64,000 nt of DNA from Caldisericota bacterium (lineage in GTDB: Bacteria; Caldisericota; Caldisericia; JAAYUI01). This document shows positions 47,600-56,797 of the stretch, one piece after another; position 1 is the stretch's first letter; each line of letters starts with the position of its first letter. The stretch spans positions 224,001 to 288,000 of the forward strand of contig JAKPMO010000002.1 in assembly GCA_029548865.1 (NCBI GenBank), in the 5' to 3' direction. A program made the translations under genes and the position numbers. The notes under the pieces were generated by a model. The model was not told the origin of the DNA. It saw only the letters and a list, made by a program, of their open reading frames with translations, and ran no database searches.

Positions 47600-48469
47600 T
47601 TATGAGACGGCACTTTCTGTTTCTTGCCCCCCCGAAACCATCCTGAACGCGGAAGCTGTTGCAACAATAGAGAACGTGAAGGCCGACCATGTCACTAAAC
47701 TCAAAAAAACGAAAAATATTTTATCAAGGCCAAGTTGCAGTGGTAAGAATGAAATCAATACACCAATCAAGCTGCAAAAGGAGCCGAGTACCAATTGTAC
47801 AGCGAAAAGTTCAAAGTACCATGGCCAGATTGACCTTGTTGATGCCAGGAGCGACTCCATAAAAGACTGGCCATTAAAATAATAAAAAGGTGCAAAAAGC
47901 AGTGGTGTTATAACTATACAAACTACAGTAAAGGCGACCATTTCAAACAAAAAAAATGTCCATGGCGACCAACTCTCTGCTACCCATGGAAGAGCAATTG
48001 AAACAAACGCTGCCAAACCGTGAATTGCCAGAACAATTGGGAAAATCTGTGCCTGATAACCTACCATTCTGGCGCCTTTTTTGATTATCCCACCTTCAAA
48101 TTTCTGGCTTGAATTACCGTGTGTGAATCCACCAAGGATTAAGTTTAAGATTCCACCCTGAAGGAAACCTGTAGCAAGAACATTTATTACCACACCCAGG
48201 CCTATTGTCAGCCATTTTGTCATAGAATCCGGGATAACAAAAATCAATTTTGCAAGATAGCCTGAGGTTTCAAGAAATGTTGGTTTTGAAAATATTTCAT
48301 GTGAAATTACAGGGAGATCATTATTGCCCGGGAATATGACGAAAAGTATGGTACACATGAGAGCAAGGATAATAAATGGAACCAGCCTGTACATTGTTCC
48401 AAAGCCAGCCAGGGCTATATAATTCGCCTTTATTGCCAGAAAAGTGTTTTTCCAGAATTTCCTTTTCAC
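47600..48469 (-). CDS. Multi-pass membrane protein, same family, paralog 4
   Basis: PLLFAPFY..MESLLASTRSIWPWYF; start is GTG48469 or ATG48478. Confidence 0.72.
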   Translation of the reverse strand: MKRKFWKNTFLAIKANYIALAGFGTMYRLVPFIILALMCTILFVIFPGNNDLPVISHEIFSKPTFLETSGYLAKLIFVIPDSMTKWLTIGLGVVINVLATGFLQGGILNLILGGFTHGNSSQKFEGGIIKKGARMVGYQAQIFPIVLAIHGLAAFVSIALPWVAESWSPWTFFLFEMVAFTVVCIVITPLLFAPFYYFNGQSFMESLLASTRSIWPWYFELFAVQLVLGSFCSLIGVLISFLPLQLGLDKIFFVFLSLVTWSAFTFSIVATASAFRMVSGGQETESAVS

Positions 48470-48499
48470 TGCCACCATTATATCATTGCCATTCCCAAA

Positions 48500-50053
48500 T
48501 TAAAATGTATCCGGAACAAGGATGGATCTCTTCATTGAGGGGTGTGGTTTGAGTCCAAGGAGGTAGAGAATCAGCCCTGTAACATCTGACAGACTCCCGC
48601 CTTCACCAAACTCCCATGGTTTCCTGCCCTCACTCGGAATAAAGATGCAGGGCACAAGATTTGTCGAGTGGGCAGTCTCCTTGTTTCCATTCTCGTCAAG
48701 TAACTGCTCTGCATTGCCGTGGTCTGATATGATTACCACATCATAACTATGCTCATGCGCCGCATTGACTATCTTTCCGGTTGATTCATCGACCTGTTTT
48801 ATGGTTTTGATTGTTGCGTCAATGTTGCCAGTGTGACCTACCATGTCAGGGTTTGCCAGATTGCAGACAATAAAGCTGTGCTTCTCGGTTTTGATGTCTT
48901 CCACAAGTTTTTCTTCAACCTGCGGGCATGACATTTCCGGCTGTAAATCGTAAGTGGGGACCTTTGGCGATGGCACAAGGACCCTGTCTTCGCCCTTGTA
49001 AGTCTCCTCCCTACCTCCGTTGAGAAAATATGTAACATGGGCGTATTTTTCAGTTTCTGCGATGCGAAGCTGGGAGAGTCCTGCATCGGAAACAATTTTG
49101 CCAAGGGTGGTTTCGATGTCCTGTTTCAAAAGCTCTTCTGTAAAAATTATTGGAAGAGTAAACGTTTCATCATACATTGCGAAACATGTGTAGCTTATCT
49201 TTGGTAATTTGTCCCTTTCAAATCCTGTAAAATCCTTTTCGGTAAGAGCTTTTGTGAGCTCCCTTGCCCTGTCAGGCCTGTAATTGAAGTGTATGAATGA
49301 GTCGCCGTCTTCAATCAGTGCCAGTGGTTTGTCACCATCCATTATGATCGTAGGTGTTACAAATTCATCTGTCTCGCCCAGCAGATAGGCCTGGTCAACG
49401 GCTTCAATTGCTGATCTGGCATGTCTCCCTTTTCCAGCTGTCAGGCAATCGTAGGCTATTTTTACCCTGTCCCAGCGGTTGTCCCTGTCCATGCTGAAGT
49501 ATCTTCCCTGAACGGTTGCTATTTTTCCACAGCCGATTTCCTTTAGTTTGCCCTCAATTTCGGCGATATATTTTTTGGCGGATTGTGGTGGTGTGTCCCT
49601 TCCATCAAGAAAGGCATGCACAAATACGTTTTCAACCCCGCATGATTTTGCTGTTTTGACTATTTCGTAGAGGTGCTCCAGAACCGAATGGACACCACCA
49701 TCAGAGCATAACCCAGCCAGATGGAGTTTGCCTTTTTTGCCATCCTCTATTGCTTTCAGCAATGTCGGATTTTTTTGGAACATTCCATCTTCAATGGATT
49801 TGTTGATTAGCGTCAGTTTCTGGTAAACGATCCTTCCTGCGCCAAGATTGAGGTGCCCGACTTCCGAATTCCCCATTTGTCCCTTTGGGAGTCCAACGGC
49901 CAGTCCTGATGCCTCAAGGAGTGTGTGCGGATATTTTCTCTGGAGCTCGTCAATGTTGGGTGTTCCGGCCAGAGTAATGGCATTTCCTGGGCCAGGTGGT
50001 GCCACCCCGAAACCATCCAGTATAAGAAGTAAAACTTTGTTGCCTGTTTTCAC
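48500..50053 (-). CDS. gpmI: 2,3-bisphosphoglycerate-independent phosphoglycerate mutase
   Basis: LILDGFG, MGNSEVGH, DGRDTPP, AETEKYAHVT, NPDMVGHTG, DHGNAE. Confidence 0.97.
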   Translation of the reverse strand: MKTGNKVLLLILDGFGVAPPGPGNAITLAGTPNIDELQRKYPHTLLEASGLAVGLPKGQMGNSEVGHLNLGAGRIVYQKLTLINKSIEDGMFQKNPTLLKAIEDGKKGKLHLAGLCSDGGVHSVLEHLYEIVKTAKSCGVENVFVHAFLDGRDTPPQSAKKYIAEIEGKLKEIGCGKIATVQGRYFSMDRDNRWDRVKIAYDCLTAGKGRHARSAIEAVDQAYLLGETDEFVTPTIIMDGDKPLALIEDGDSFIHFNYRPDRARELTKALTEKDFTGFERDKLPKISYTCFAMYDETFTLPIIFTEELLKQDIETTLGKIVSDAGLSQLRIAETEKYAHVTYFLNGGREETYKGEDRVLVPSPKVPTYDLQPEMSCPQVEEKLVEDIKTEKHSFIVCNLANPDMVGHTGNIDATIKTIKQVDESTGKIVNAAHEHSYDVVIISDHGNAEQLLDENGNKETAHSTNLVPCIFIPSEGRKPWEFGEGGSLSDVTGLILYLLGLKPHPSMKRSILVPDTF

Positions 50054-50163
50054 GCAATCAAGTTTACTTCAACACCAAAACGCTTCAAGTACCACGATTA
50101 TTAGCGTCCGATTTTGCCAAAACATTGACAAAAGCACATCCATACTTACAATCTTCTAGCAAT

Positions 50164-50967
50164 ATGGGAAGATCTATCGTTGTTACTTCAGGAAAAGGAG
50201 GCGTTGGAAAAACAACGCTAACCGCAAACCTTGGGTATGGGCTGTCGCTTGAAGGGAAAAAAGTCGTCCTGGTTGATACGGACATAGGTCTTAGAAATCT
50301 TGATGTCATACTGGGTCTTGAAAACAGGGTTGTCTATGATGTTGTAAATGTCGCAGAGGGAACCTGTGAACTTCAGCAGGCCCTTGTCAAAGACAAAAGG
50401 CTTGGCTCCAGCCTGTTTTTGCTGCCTGCCGCCCAGACCAGAAGAAAAGAAGATATATCAAATGACCAGCTGAAGCAGATTGTAACAGCGCTCAAAGGTG
50501 CGTTTGACTATGTAATTCTGGATTGTCCTGCAGGCATCGAGCATGGTTTCAACAATGCGGTCAATTCTGCGGACGAGGCGGTTGTTGTTGTAACACCCGA
50601 AGTCTCATCCGTAAGGGACGCAGACAGGGTCATAGGCCTTTTGGAATCAGCAGGAGTGAATGACATCTCACTTGTCGTAAACAGGATCAAACCAGAAATG
50701 GTCTCCTCTGGAGAGATGATGAGTGTCGAGGACGTGCTTGACATACTCGCTGTCAGACTTTTGGGTGTCATCCCGGAGGACAGACAGGTAATTGTCTCAA
50801 CAAACAAGGGAGAGCCAATAATTCTTAACGAAAAATCACTGGCCACTTCGGCCATAAAAGCCATCGTTGACAGGCTTGAAGGCAGGGAGGTCCCAATCCC
50901 AACTTTTGGCAAGAGGGGTTTCTGGGCAAGACTCTCTGATGCAATAACCGGCAGGAGGAAACAATGA
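50164..50967 (+). CDS. minD: Septum site-determining ATPase MinD
   Basis: TSGKGGVGKTT, DIGLRNLD, DCPAGIE, SVRDADR, C-terminal amphipathic helix. Confidence 0.97.
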   Translation: MGRSIVVTSGKGGVGKTTLTANLGYGLSLEGKKVVLVDTDIGLRNLDVILGLENRVVYDVVNVAEGTCELQQALVKDKRLGSSLFLLPAAQTRRKEDISNDQLKQIVTALKGAFDYVILDCPAGIEHGFNNAVNSADEAVVVVTPEVSSVRDADRVIGLLESAGVNDISLVVNRIKPEMVSSGEMMSVEDVLDILAVRLLGVIPEDRQVIVSTNKGEPIILNEKSLATSAIKAIVDRLEGREVPIPTFGKRGFWARLSDAITGRRKQ

Positions 50968-51218
50968 GCTTTTTTTTCAGGGCCAAACCATCGGCCAGCA
51001 TGGCCAAGGAACGGCTAAGAATGGTTTTGATACAGGACAGGTCGCTGCTTTCTCCCGGGATGCTTGACAGCATGAGAAAAGATATGATAGAGGTGCTCAA
51101 CAAATATTTTGTCGTTGACAATGAAGGCATTGAAATTGACATAGACAGCAAGGACACCTCGACAATGCTTGTGGCAAACATCCCGATCATCCAGACCAAA
51201 AGAAGAACTAATCAGTAG
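50964..51218 (+). CDS. minE: Cell division topological specificity factor MinE
   Basis: SASMAKERLRMVLIQDR, LVANIPI. Confidence 0.95.
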   Translation: MSFFFRAKPSASMAKERLRMVLIQDRSLLSPGMLDSMRKDMIEVLNKYFVVDNEGIEIDIDSKDTSTMLVANIPIIQTKRRTNQ

Positions 51219-51789
51219 CCTGTTCTAGCGTTTCTTCCAGAGAGACCTCTTCAAAGAGGCCTTCTTCACCTGTTTCCTCGTCTGTCGTCAGAAAAGTAAC
51301 ATGGGCTTTCATCTCTTCGATTCCCGAAACCCCGGCCATTTGCCTGAATTTGTCAGTCACAATATATGAGACCTTTCTCTTCTTTGTAACAGAGGGTTTT
51401 TCTATTCTTTCAAGGAGCCCCTTTTTCACTAGTCCCTGAATTGTCATTTCAGAGGGTTTGCCTCTGTATTTTGAAATTTGAGGGCAAGAGGCCTCTCCTT
51501 TGCTTGCAACAATGGCAAGCACTTCAATTGCGGCAGAAGTCATCTTCCTTTTAGTGGCCCTTGAAACAAGTGGTTTTATGAATTCCTCATACTCCGGGTT
51601 TGTGAGCAACTGGGCATGGCCATTGGTGATTTTGAGGAAGATGCCGCTGTCCCTGTACCTGATTGCCAGGTAGCCCAGCGCCTGGTTTACCTCGCTTTGA
51701 TCGCATTTTGCCAGGTGGGCGATTCGCTTGATTGCCAAAGGTTTGTTTGAGGCAAAAAGAATGGCCTCGATAGTATTCTGTATGTTCAT
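51208..51789 (-). CDS. scpB: Segregation and condensation protein B
   Basis: IEAILFAS, AAIEVLAIVA, YIVTDKF. Confidence 0.88.
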   Translation of the reverse strand: MNIQNTIEAILFASNKPLAIKRIAHLAKCDQSEVNQALGYLAIRYRDSGIFLKITNGHAQLLTNPEYEEFIKPLVSRATKRKMTSAAIEVLAIVASKGEASCPQISKYRGKPSEMTIQGLVKKGLLERIEKPSVTKKRKVSYIVTDKFRQMAGVSGIEEMKAHVTFLTTDEETGEEGLFEEVSLEETLEQATD

Positions 51790-52481
51790 GCCTTGTCGAT
51801 GTATATTGGCCCGAATGGTTCCTCCTGATAGAGGAGGACACGTTTTCTTTTTGCAAGCTCGAGTATGGCCAGGAGATTTGTTATCACGTCAAACCTTGTA
51901 GAGTTTTTGGTCAGGAGCAGCGAAAAAAGGAGCTGGATGCCCTTCTTCAGACGGTCCATTATTTCGCCCATCGCCGCCCTCAGATCGATTGTTTTTCTTC
52001 TAACGATAATTGGGGTCTGGTCGACTTCGCGCTTTTTTGCCAATCTGGCGATTATTGCTACCAACCTCTTGCTGGTTGGGACCGATATTTCTTCTGAGCA
52101 CACGACTTCTGGGGAAGGCCTTGGAAAGCTGCCCGCATCGAGCTCGAAATTTCTTTTTATGAGATCTTTGAGCTGGCACAGTGCGTTAAAATTACCCTCA
52201 AGCCTGCCCTCGAATTCGCCGGTTTCAAACACGGAAGGCTTTGTTTTTTCAATAAACCTTCCACCATTTGCCACGAACTCTGATTTCATGAGTAACAGGC
52301 TTGCAACCTTGTCAAGCGCTTCAAGCTGTGAAGCCGTTACGCCGTCTGACTGCACGATTATTTCTAGAAGTTTTTCAGTTATTACAGCAAGCCTGATGTT
52401 GTATGGTGAAACTTTCCCGGCCCTGGCCGACTGGATAATCAGCCCAAGGCTGTTTGGATTTACAACATTGTCAATAGGCAA
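51786..52481 (-). CDS. scpA: Segregation and condensation protein A (divergent)
   Basis: ASLLLMKS; LLAILELAK..YQEEPFGPIYI; lies between trpS and scpB. Confidence 0.85.
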   Translation of the reverse strand: MPIDNVVNPNSLGLIIQSARAGKVSPYNIRLAVITEKLLEIIVQSDGVTASQLEALDKVASLLLMKSEFVANGGRFIEKTKPSVFETGEFEGRLEGNFNALCQLKDLIKRNFELDAGSFPRPSPEVVCSEEISVPTSKRLVAIIARLAKKREVDQTPIIVRRKTIDLRAAMGEIMDRLKKGIQLLFSLLLTKNSTRFDVITNLLAILELAKRKRVLLYQEEPFGPIYIDKA

Positions 52482-53451
52482 GGCCCATCCTCTCTTTTAC
52501 CTCATTCCAGATCGGCGTTGTGAATTCGTTTGCCTTTCTGGAGCCTTCATTCAGGATTTCCCAAACCATTTTTGGATTTGATTCGTATCCGGCCCTTTTT
52601 TCCCTGAGCGGGGCAATGATCCCGTCCATGAAAGCGGCAAGCTCTTTCTTGCATGCGACACAACCAAGCTCTCCCTTTTTGCAACCTTCGGCCCTGTCTT
52701 TAAGGTTAGGCGTTTTGAGGATCTTGTGGAAATCATATACCGAGCAGATGTCTGGGTGGCCCGGGTCAGCTTTTCTTATCTTCTCCGGGTCAGTGACCAT
52801 TTGCGAAATCTTTTGCTGTATTTCTTGTGGGCCATCGGAAAGGAAGATAGCATTGTCGAGACTTTTGCTCATTTTCCTGCAATCTGTACCTGGTATTAAT
52901 GGGTAGTCCCTCAGGAATTCTTGTGGCTCCGGGAATGTCTCGCCATACATCGAATTGAACCTTCTGGCAATTTCCCTTGAAATCTCAAGGTGTGGCCTCT
53001 GGTCTTTTCCTATGGGGACAAGGTTGGCCTTGTAGGCGAGTATGTCCGCGGCCTGGAGCACAGGATAGCCAAGCAATCCATGCCCAACGCTGTCCTGGAG
53101 GTTCATGTCCCTGACCATGTCCTTTACTGTCGGGTTTCTCTCGAGCCATCCTGTTGGGGTCAGCATTGAAAGCACAAGGTAGAGATTGTAGTGTATAGGG
53201 ACTTCCGACTGGACGAGGACAGCCGATTTCTGTGGATCTATTCCTGCCGCGAACCAGTCACAGGCCATCTGGAAAATGTTTTCCTTTATCTCTGAAGTTT
53301 TGTCAGCACTTGTTGTCAGGACGTGAAGGTCTGCAACAAGGAAAAAACATTCGTGCTGGTGCTGCATTTCGACATAAGAAAGCAGAACTGAAAGGTAGTG
53401 TCCGATGTGCATGCGGCCTGTTGGCCTCATGCCAGAGAGTACTCTAGCCAT
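52471..53451 (-). CDS. trpS: Tryptophan--tRNA ligase
   Basis: SGMRPTGRMHIGH, YPVLQAADIL, GKDQ, KMSKS. Confidence 0.97.
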   Translation of the reverse strand: MARVLSGMRPTGRMHIGHYLSVLLSYVEMQHQHECFFLVADLHVLTTSADKTSEIKENIFQMACDWFAAGIDPQKSAVLVQSEVPIHYNLYLVLSMLTPTGWLERNPTVKDMVRDMNLQDSVGHGLLGYPVLQAADILAYKANLVPIGKDQRPHLEISREIARRFNSMYGETFPEPQEFLRDYPLIPGTDCRKMSKSLDNAIFLSDGPQEIQQKISQMVTDPEKIRKADPGHPDICSVYDFHKILKTPNLKDRAEGCKKGELGCVACKKELAAFMDGIIAPLREKRAGYESNPKMVWEILNEGSRKANEFTTPIWNEVKERMGLAY

Positions 53452-54119
53452 CAAAATCCTCCAATAAATGGTGTGAAATAAGCAAAATAGGGTCTTCCTA
53501 TCATGCCGAACAGCTTGAGAAAGACGCTCGAAGCTGAAATCAGCCATGAAAGAAGTGGTGTCAAGATTATCAGTATGACGATGAGTGTCCACCCCATGTA
53601 GGTTATGGCCATGGAGTCATAGACCCCTTGCGGCTTGTGGTATAGAAGTCCAACAAGCAGTTTGAAGCCCGGCAATTGCGGTATGGGGAGAAGATTGAAC
53701 AGGGCAAAAAATATATTGAAGGCACAGAAAAATTCTACTGCAGATTTTATGGTCCTCAAATCGAGGTTTGTGACTGGCTCGAGCCATTTGAGCAGCAAAT
53801 AGACGAGTCCACCAGCAATCCACATGGCAAGGTTTGCCCCAATGCCTGACAGTTCGATAAGCAGGGGTGCGTAGCGTTTTTGCCCGAGGTCGTTGAAATT
53901 GTATTCCATCGGCTTCATCCAGCCCACATAAAAAATCAGCAGTGATGCACTTCCAAAAATATCGAGATGGTGGAGCGGATTCCAGGAAAATCTTCCCTGT
54001 ATCTTTGTTTGCCTGTCACCAAGCCTGTAGGCCACCCATGCCCTGGTGTAGCAGTTTACGAGGCCGCACCCTACAAAAAGAATCAGGAGCGGAAACATTT
54101 TTATCAGATAATCATTCAC
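53451..54119 (-). CDS. Site-2 protease (M50) homolog lacking catalytic residues
   Basis: LGD..GRFSWNPLHHLD, GWMKP, FNLLPIP; HExxH replaced by NCYTR and PLDG by QLPG. Confidence 0.85.
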   Translation of the reverse strand: MNDYLIKMFPLLILFVGCGLVNCYTRAWVAYRLGDRQTKIQGRFSWNPLHHLDIFGSASLLIFYVGWMKPMEYNFNDLGQKRYAPLLIELSGIGANLAMWIAGGLVYLLLKWLEPVTNLDLRTIKSAVEFFCAFNIFFALFNLLPIPQLPGFKLLVGLLYHKPQGVYDSMAITYMGWTLIVILIILTPLLSWLISASSVFLKLFGMIGRPYFAYFTPFIGGF

Positions 54120-56709
54120 TGGCTATCCTCCTGGCAAGTTCTAATTCCTGTATATATCCAGAAACCAGCCCAGCCACTTTTTGTTCCAGGACCTGGTCGA
54201 TGATGGCCTTGAAGTTTTTTGTCTTCTTTAGCCCGTTTGAAATGAGGTCCTCTCCGGTTATTTCAAGCCTGATATTGCGTATTTTACCCACCAGGTCGAG
54301 GTTTTTCAAGTTTTCAGGCAGTTTGCCACCCATGCAGGCAAAGACAACCGCAGAATCATTGAGGTTTTTTAGCGACCTGAATATCTCCAGGCGATCACCC
54401 CTGCCAATTGCCTGGGAGAGCACCAGAGAACCTTCCTTGGATACTTCAACTGTGTCAATGAATTTGCCAGACATTCTTATTCTTGAGAGGCACTCCCTCA
54501 GTGCGCCCTTGTCAATTGCCATCCCGAGAACAAGGCACCTCAGGACCCTCAAATCGGGCTTGAAGCCTTTTCTTGCGGTAATTGCTGCTAGCCTGTCAGC
54601 CTTGAGAAGGAGCTGGTGGAGGCCATCCGGCAACTGCCCAAAGATGACCGTGAGTCCGTCCATCTGCTCCAGAAGGTAGAGCATTTCGGAACCCTTTTCG
54701 TGCCTTAGTATCTTTTCAAACTCCTGTGCCGTCCTCTCATTCTTGGCTGTGGCAAGGAGGCCGGTCTTTATGGCGTCTACCGCGAGACGCTTTGTCTCTT
54801 TTTCCAGCGTAAAGTTCAATATTTTTGAATAGTATGCGGCCCTCAGAATCCTGGTTGGGTCTTCTACAAAAGAGAGATTATGCAAAACTCTTACTTTCTT
54901 CGTTGCTATGTCGTCGAACCCTCCGCAATAATCGAGGATTTTGTCCTTGTTTGGGCCATTGAGCGAGAGGGCGAGGGCGTTTATTGTAAAATCTCTTCTC
55001 ATCAGGTCTTCCCTGATTGAGCTCTGGATCACATTCGGATACGCACCAGGTTCGGTGTAGTATTCTGTCCTTGCCGTGGCAAAATCGTATTGTATCCCAT
55101 CCAGCAGCATTCTTGCCGTGCCGAACCTCTCATGGGTCGTTATTTTACCACCCAATTCCTCTGCAGCTGATTTAGCAAGATTGACTGCATCACCCTCTAC
55201 AAGGATGTCCAGATCGGTAGGCTCTTTGTCCATGATGCTGTCCCTTACGGCGCCACCAACGAGATAGAGGTTGTGTCCCAGTTCGTTGGCTATCCTCACA
55301 AATACGTCTATTTTTTCCTGAATGCTGGCTGGCACCTTTTGCTGGAGCTCTCTAGTTTGGGTTTTGTCGATGAATGTTGGTGGAGGGAATGGCCCGATGT
55401 CTTGCCCCCTGTGCCAGAAAGAGGCCTTGAGGACGTCCGAACGGGTTACAATGCCAACTACCCTACCACTTGAGACAACTGGCAATCTTCCAAGCGACTT
55501 CTTCATCATGAGTCTTCTGGCTTCAACGATGGACGCACCTGCATCTATTGTAACAACGTTTGTTGTCATGTAACGCTTGACCGGCCTGTGCTGGTATTCG
55601 TCGGGGACTCTGTCCAGGTCGCGCCTTGTGATGATCCCTATCAACCTGTCTTCATTGACGACAGGCAGCCCGCCATGTCCAAATCTTTGCACCTGTTTTA
55701 GTGCTTCACTTACCGGTACCTCTGGGCCAACGGTTTTGACCGGTGAGCTCATGATCGAAGTGATTGTTGGCGGTGGGACAATTTCTTCTTCGCAGACTTT
55801 TCTGATTCTGTAGAATGCAAGTTTTGGGTCGAGCTCACCTTTTATTTTTGCGGCCGATGCAGTTTTATGGCCACCCCCGCCAAAATGGCTAAGCACCTTT
55901 GCGGAGTCAACCAGCCTGTCATCAAGCGACCTGCCCACAAAATATGTGTTTCCGGTCATGGAGCAGGCCGTAAATATTGCGTCTGCCTCAACCAGGTCAA
56001 AGAGCTTGTGGGTTATGAAAGCGAGATTTTCAACATAATCCTTGTATTTGACGCATGAAATGGCGATAAGGATGCCGCCCATCGGGACAACCTCAATATT
56101 GTCCAGGAATTGCTTGAGTATGTCTTTTCCTCGCTGGTCCAGCGCAGTAGAGAGAAATCTCCTGACGACCTGGAGGCTTGCACCAAGCGACAGCAGGTAT
56201 GCCGCGACCTCAAGGTCCTGCGGGGTTGTTGTCGGCGATATGAGGTTGGCGGTGTCCTCATAGACACCTGTCAGCATGACGGTCGCTTCCTGGGGTGAAA
56301 TGTAAACTTTTCTAAGTTTGAGAAGGGGCAGGAGCATCGTAGTGGTTGATCCGACCTCTTTTTGGACGAGCCTGCAATTGGCGTGTCCCCTTGAGGCCGT
56401 GTGATGGTCAAAAATAATACAACGCTGGAGATTTTTGAAACTTGCCACAAAATCCCAGACTTTTTTTGAAGGCCTGGTGTCAACAATAAAAAGTTCCCTT
56501 ATTGAATCAGGGTCGTACTCCTCAAAGTCTTCGAGCCTTATGAAGTCCTTGTATATACCCAGAAACATCTGGACTGGTCTCTCTACTCCGGAAATTTTTA
56601 CAGGAATCACCCCTGGGTACAGCTTTGATATGCAAAGGGAGGCCGCCAGAGCATCGAAGTCTATGGACGACAGGCATGTGACGATTCTGGATGTTGTTTT
56701 TTTGGCCAT
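54112..56709 (-). CDS. cca: tRNA nucleotidyltransferase with N-terminal DHH/DHHA1 and CBS domains
   Basis: DFDALA, FDHH, GGGGH, CBS pair, VGGAVRD, DLD, ARTEYY, EDLMRRDFTINA, EDPTRILR. Confidence 0.93.
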   Translation of the reverse strand: MAKKTTSRIVTCLSSIDFDALAASLCISKLYPGVIPVKISGVERPVQMFLGIYKDFIRLEDFEEYDPDSIRELFIVDTRPSKKVWDFVASFKNLQRCIIFDHHTASRGHANCRLVQKEVGSTTTMLLPLLKLRKVYISPQEATVMLTGVYEDTANLISPTTTPQDLEVAAYLLSLGASLQVVRRFLSTALDQRGKDILKQFLDNIEVVPMGGILIAISCVKYKDYVENLAFITHKLFDLVEADAIFTACSMTGNTYFVGRSLDDRLVDSAKVLSHFGGGGHKTASAAKIKGELDPKLAFYRIRKVCEEEIVPPPTITSIMSSPVKTVGPEVPVSEALKQVQRFGHGGLPVVNEDRLIGIITRRDLDRVPDEYQHRPVKRYMTTNVVTIDAGASIVEARRLMMKKSLGRLPVVSSGRVVGIVTRSDVLKASFWHRGQDIGPFPPPTFIDKTQTRELQQKVPASIQEKIDVFVRIANELGHNLYLVGGAVRDSIMDKEPTDLDILVEGDAVNLAKSAAEELGGKITTHERFGTARMLLDGIQYDFATARTEYYTEPGAYPNVIQSSIREDLMRRDFTINALALSLNGPNKDKILDYCGGFDDIATKKVRVLHNLSFVEDPTRILRAAYYSKILNFTLEKETKRLAVDAIKTGLLATAKNERTAQEFEKILRHEKGSEMLYLLEQMDGLTVIFGQLPDGLHQLLLKADRLAAITARKGFKPDLRVLRCLVLGMAIDKGALRECLSRIRMSGKFIDTVEVSKEGSLVLSQAIGRGDRLEIFRSLKNLNDSAVVFACMGGKLPENLKNLDLVGKIRNIRLEITGEDLISNGLKKTKNFKAIIDQVLEQKVAGLVSGYIQELELARRIASE

Positions 56710-56797
56710 CAATGCGAGATTACACTCACGGTTCCTAGCTGTCAATTACTTGAACAAACTTTACCATCAGATATATTGTTTGCGGAAAGGACCGGAC

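Noticed and set aside
43853..48478. tRNA-anchored genomic island
   Set aside because: No integrase and no duplicated tRNA 3' end seen
56435..56797. N-terminal extension of aspS in the ORF track
   Set aside because: Overlaps cca on the opposite strand; the real start ATG56798 has an RBS and promoter
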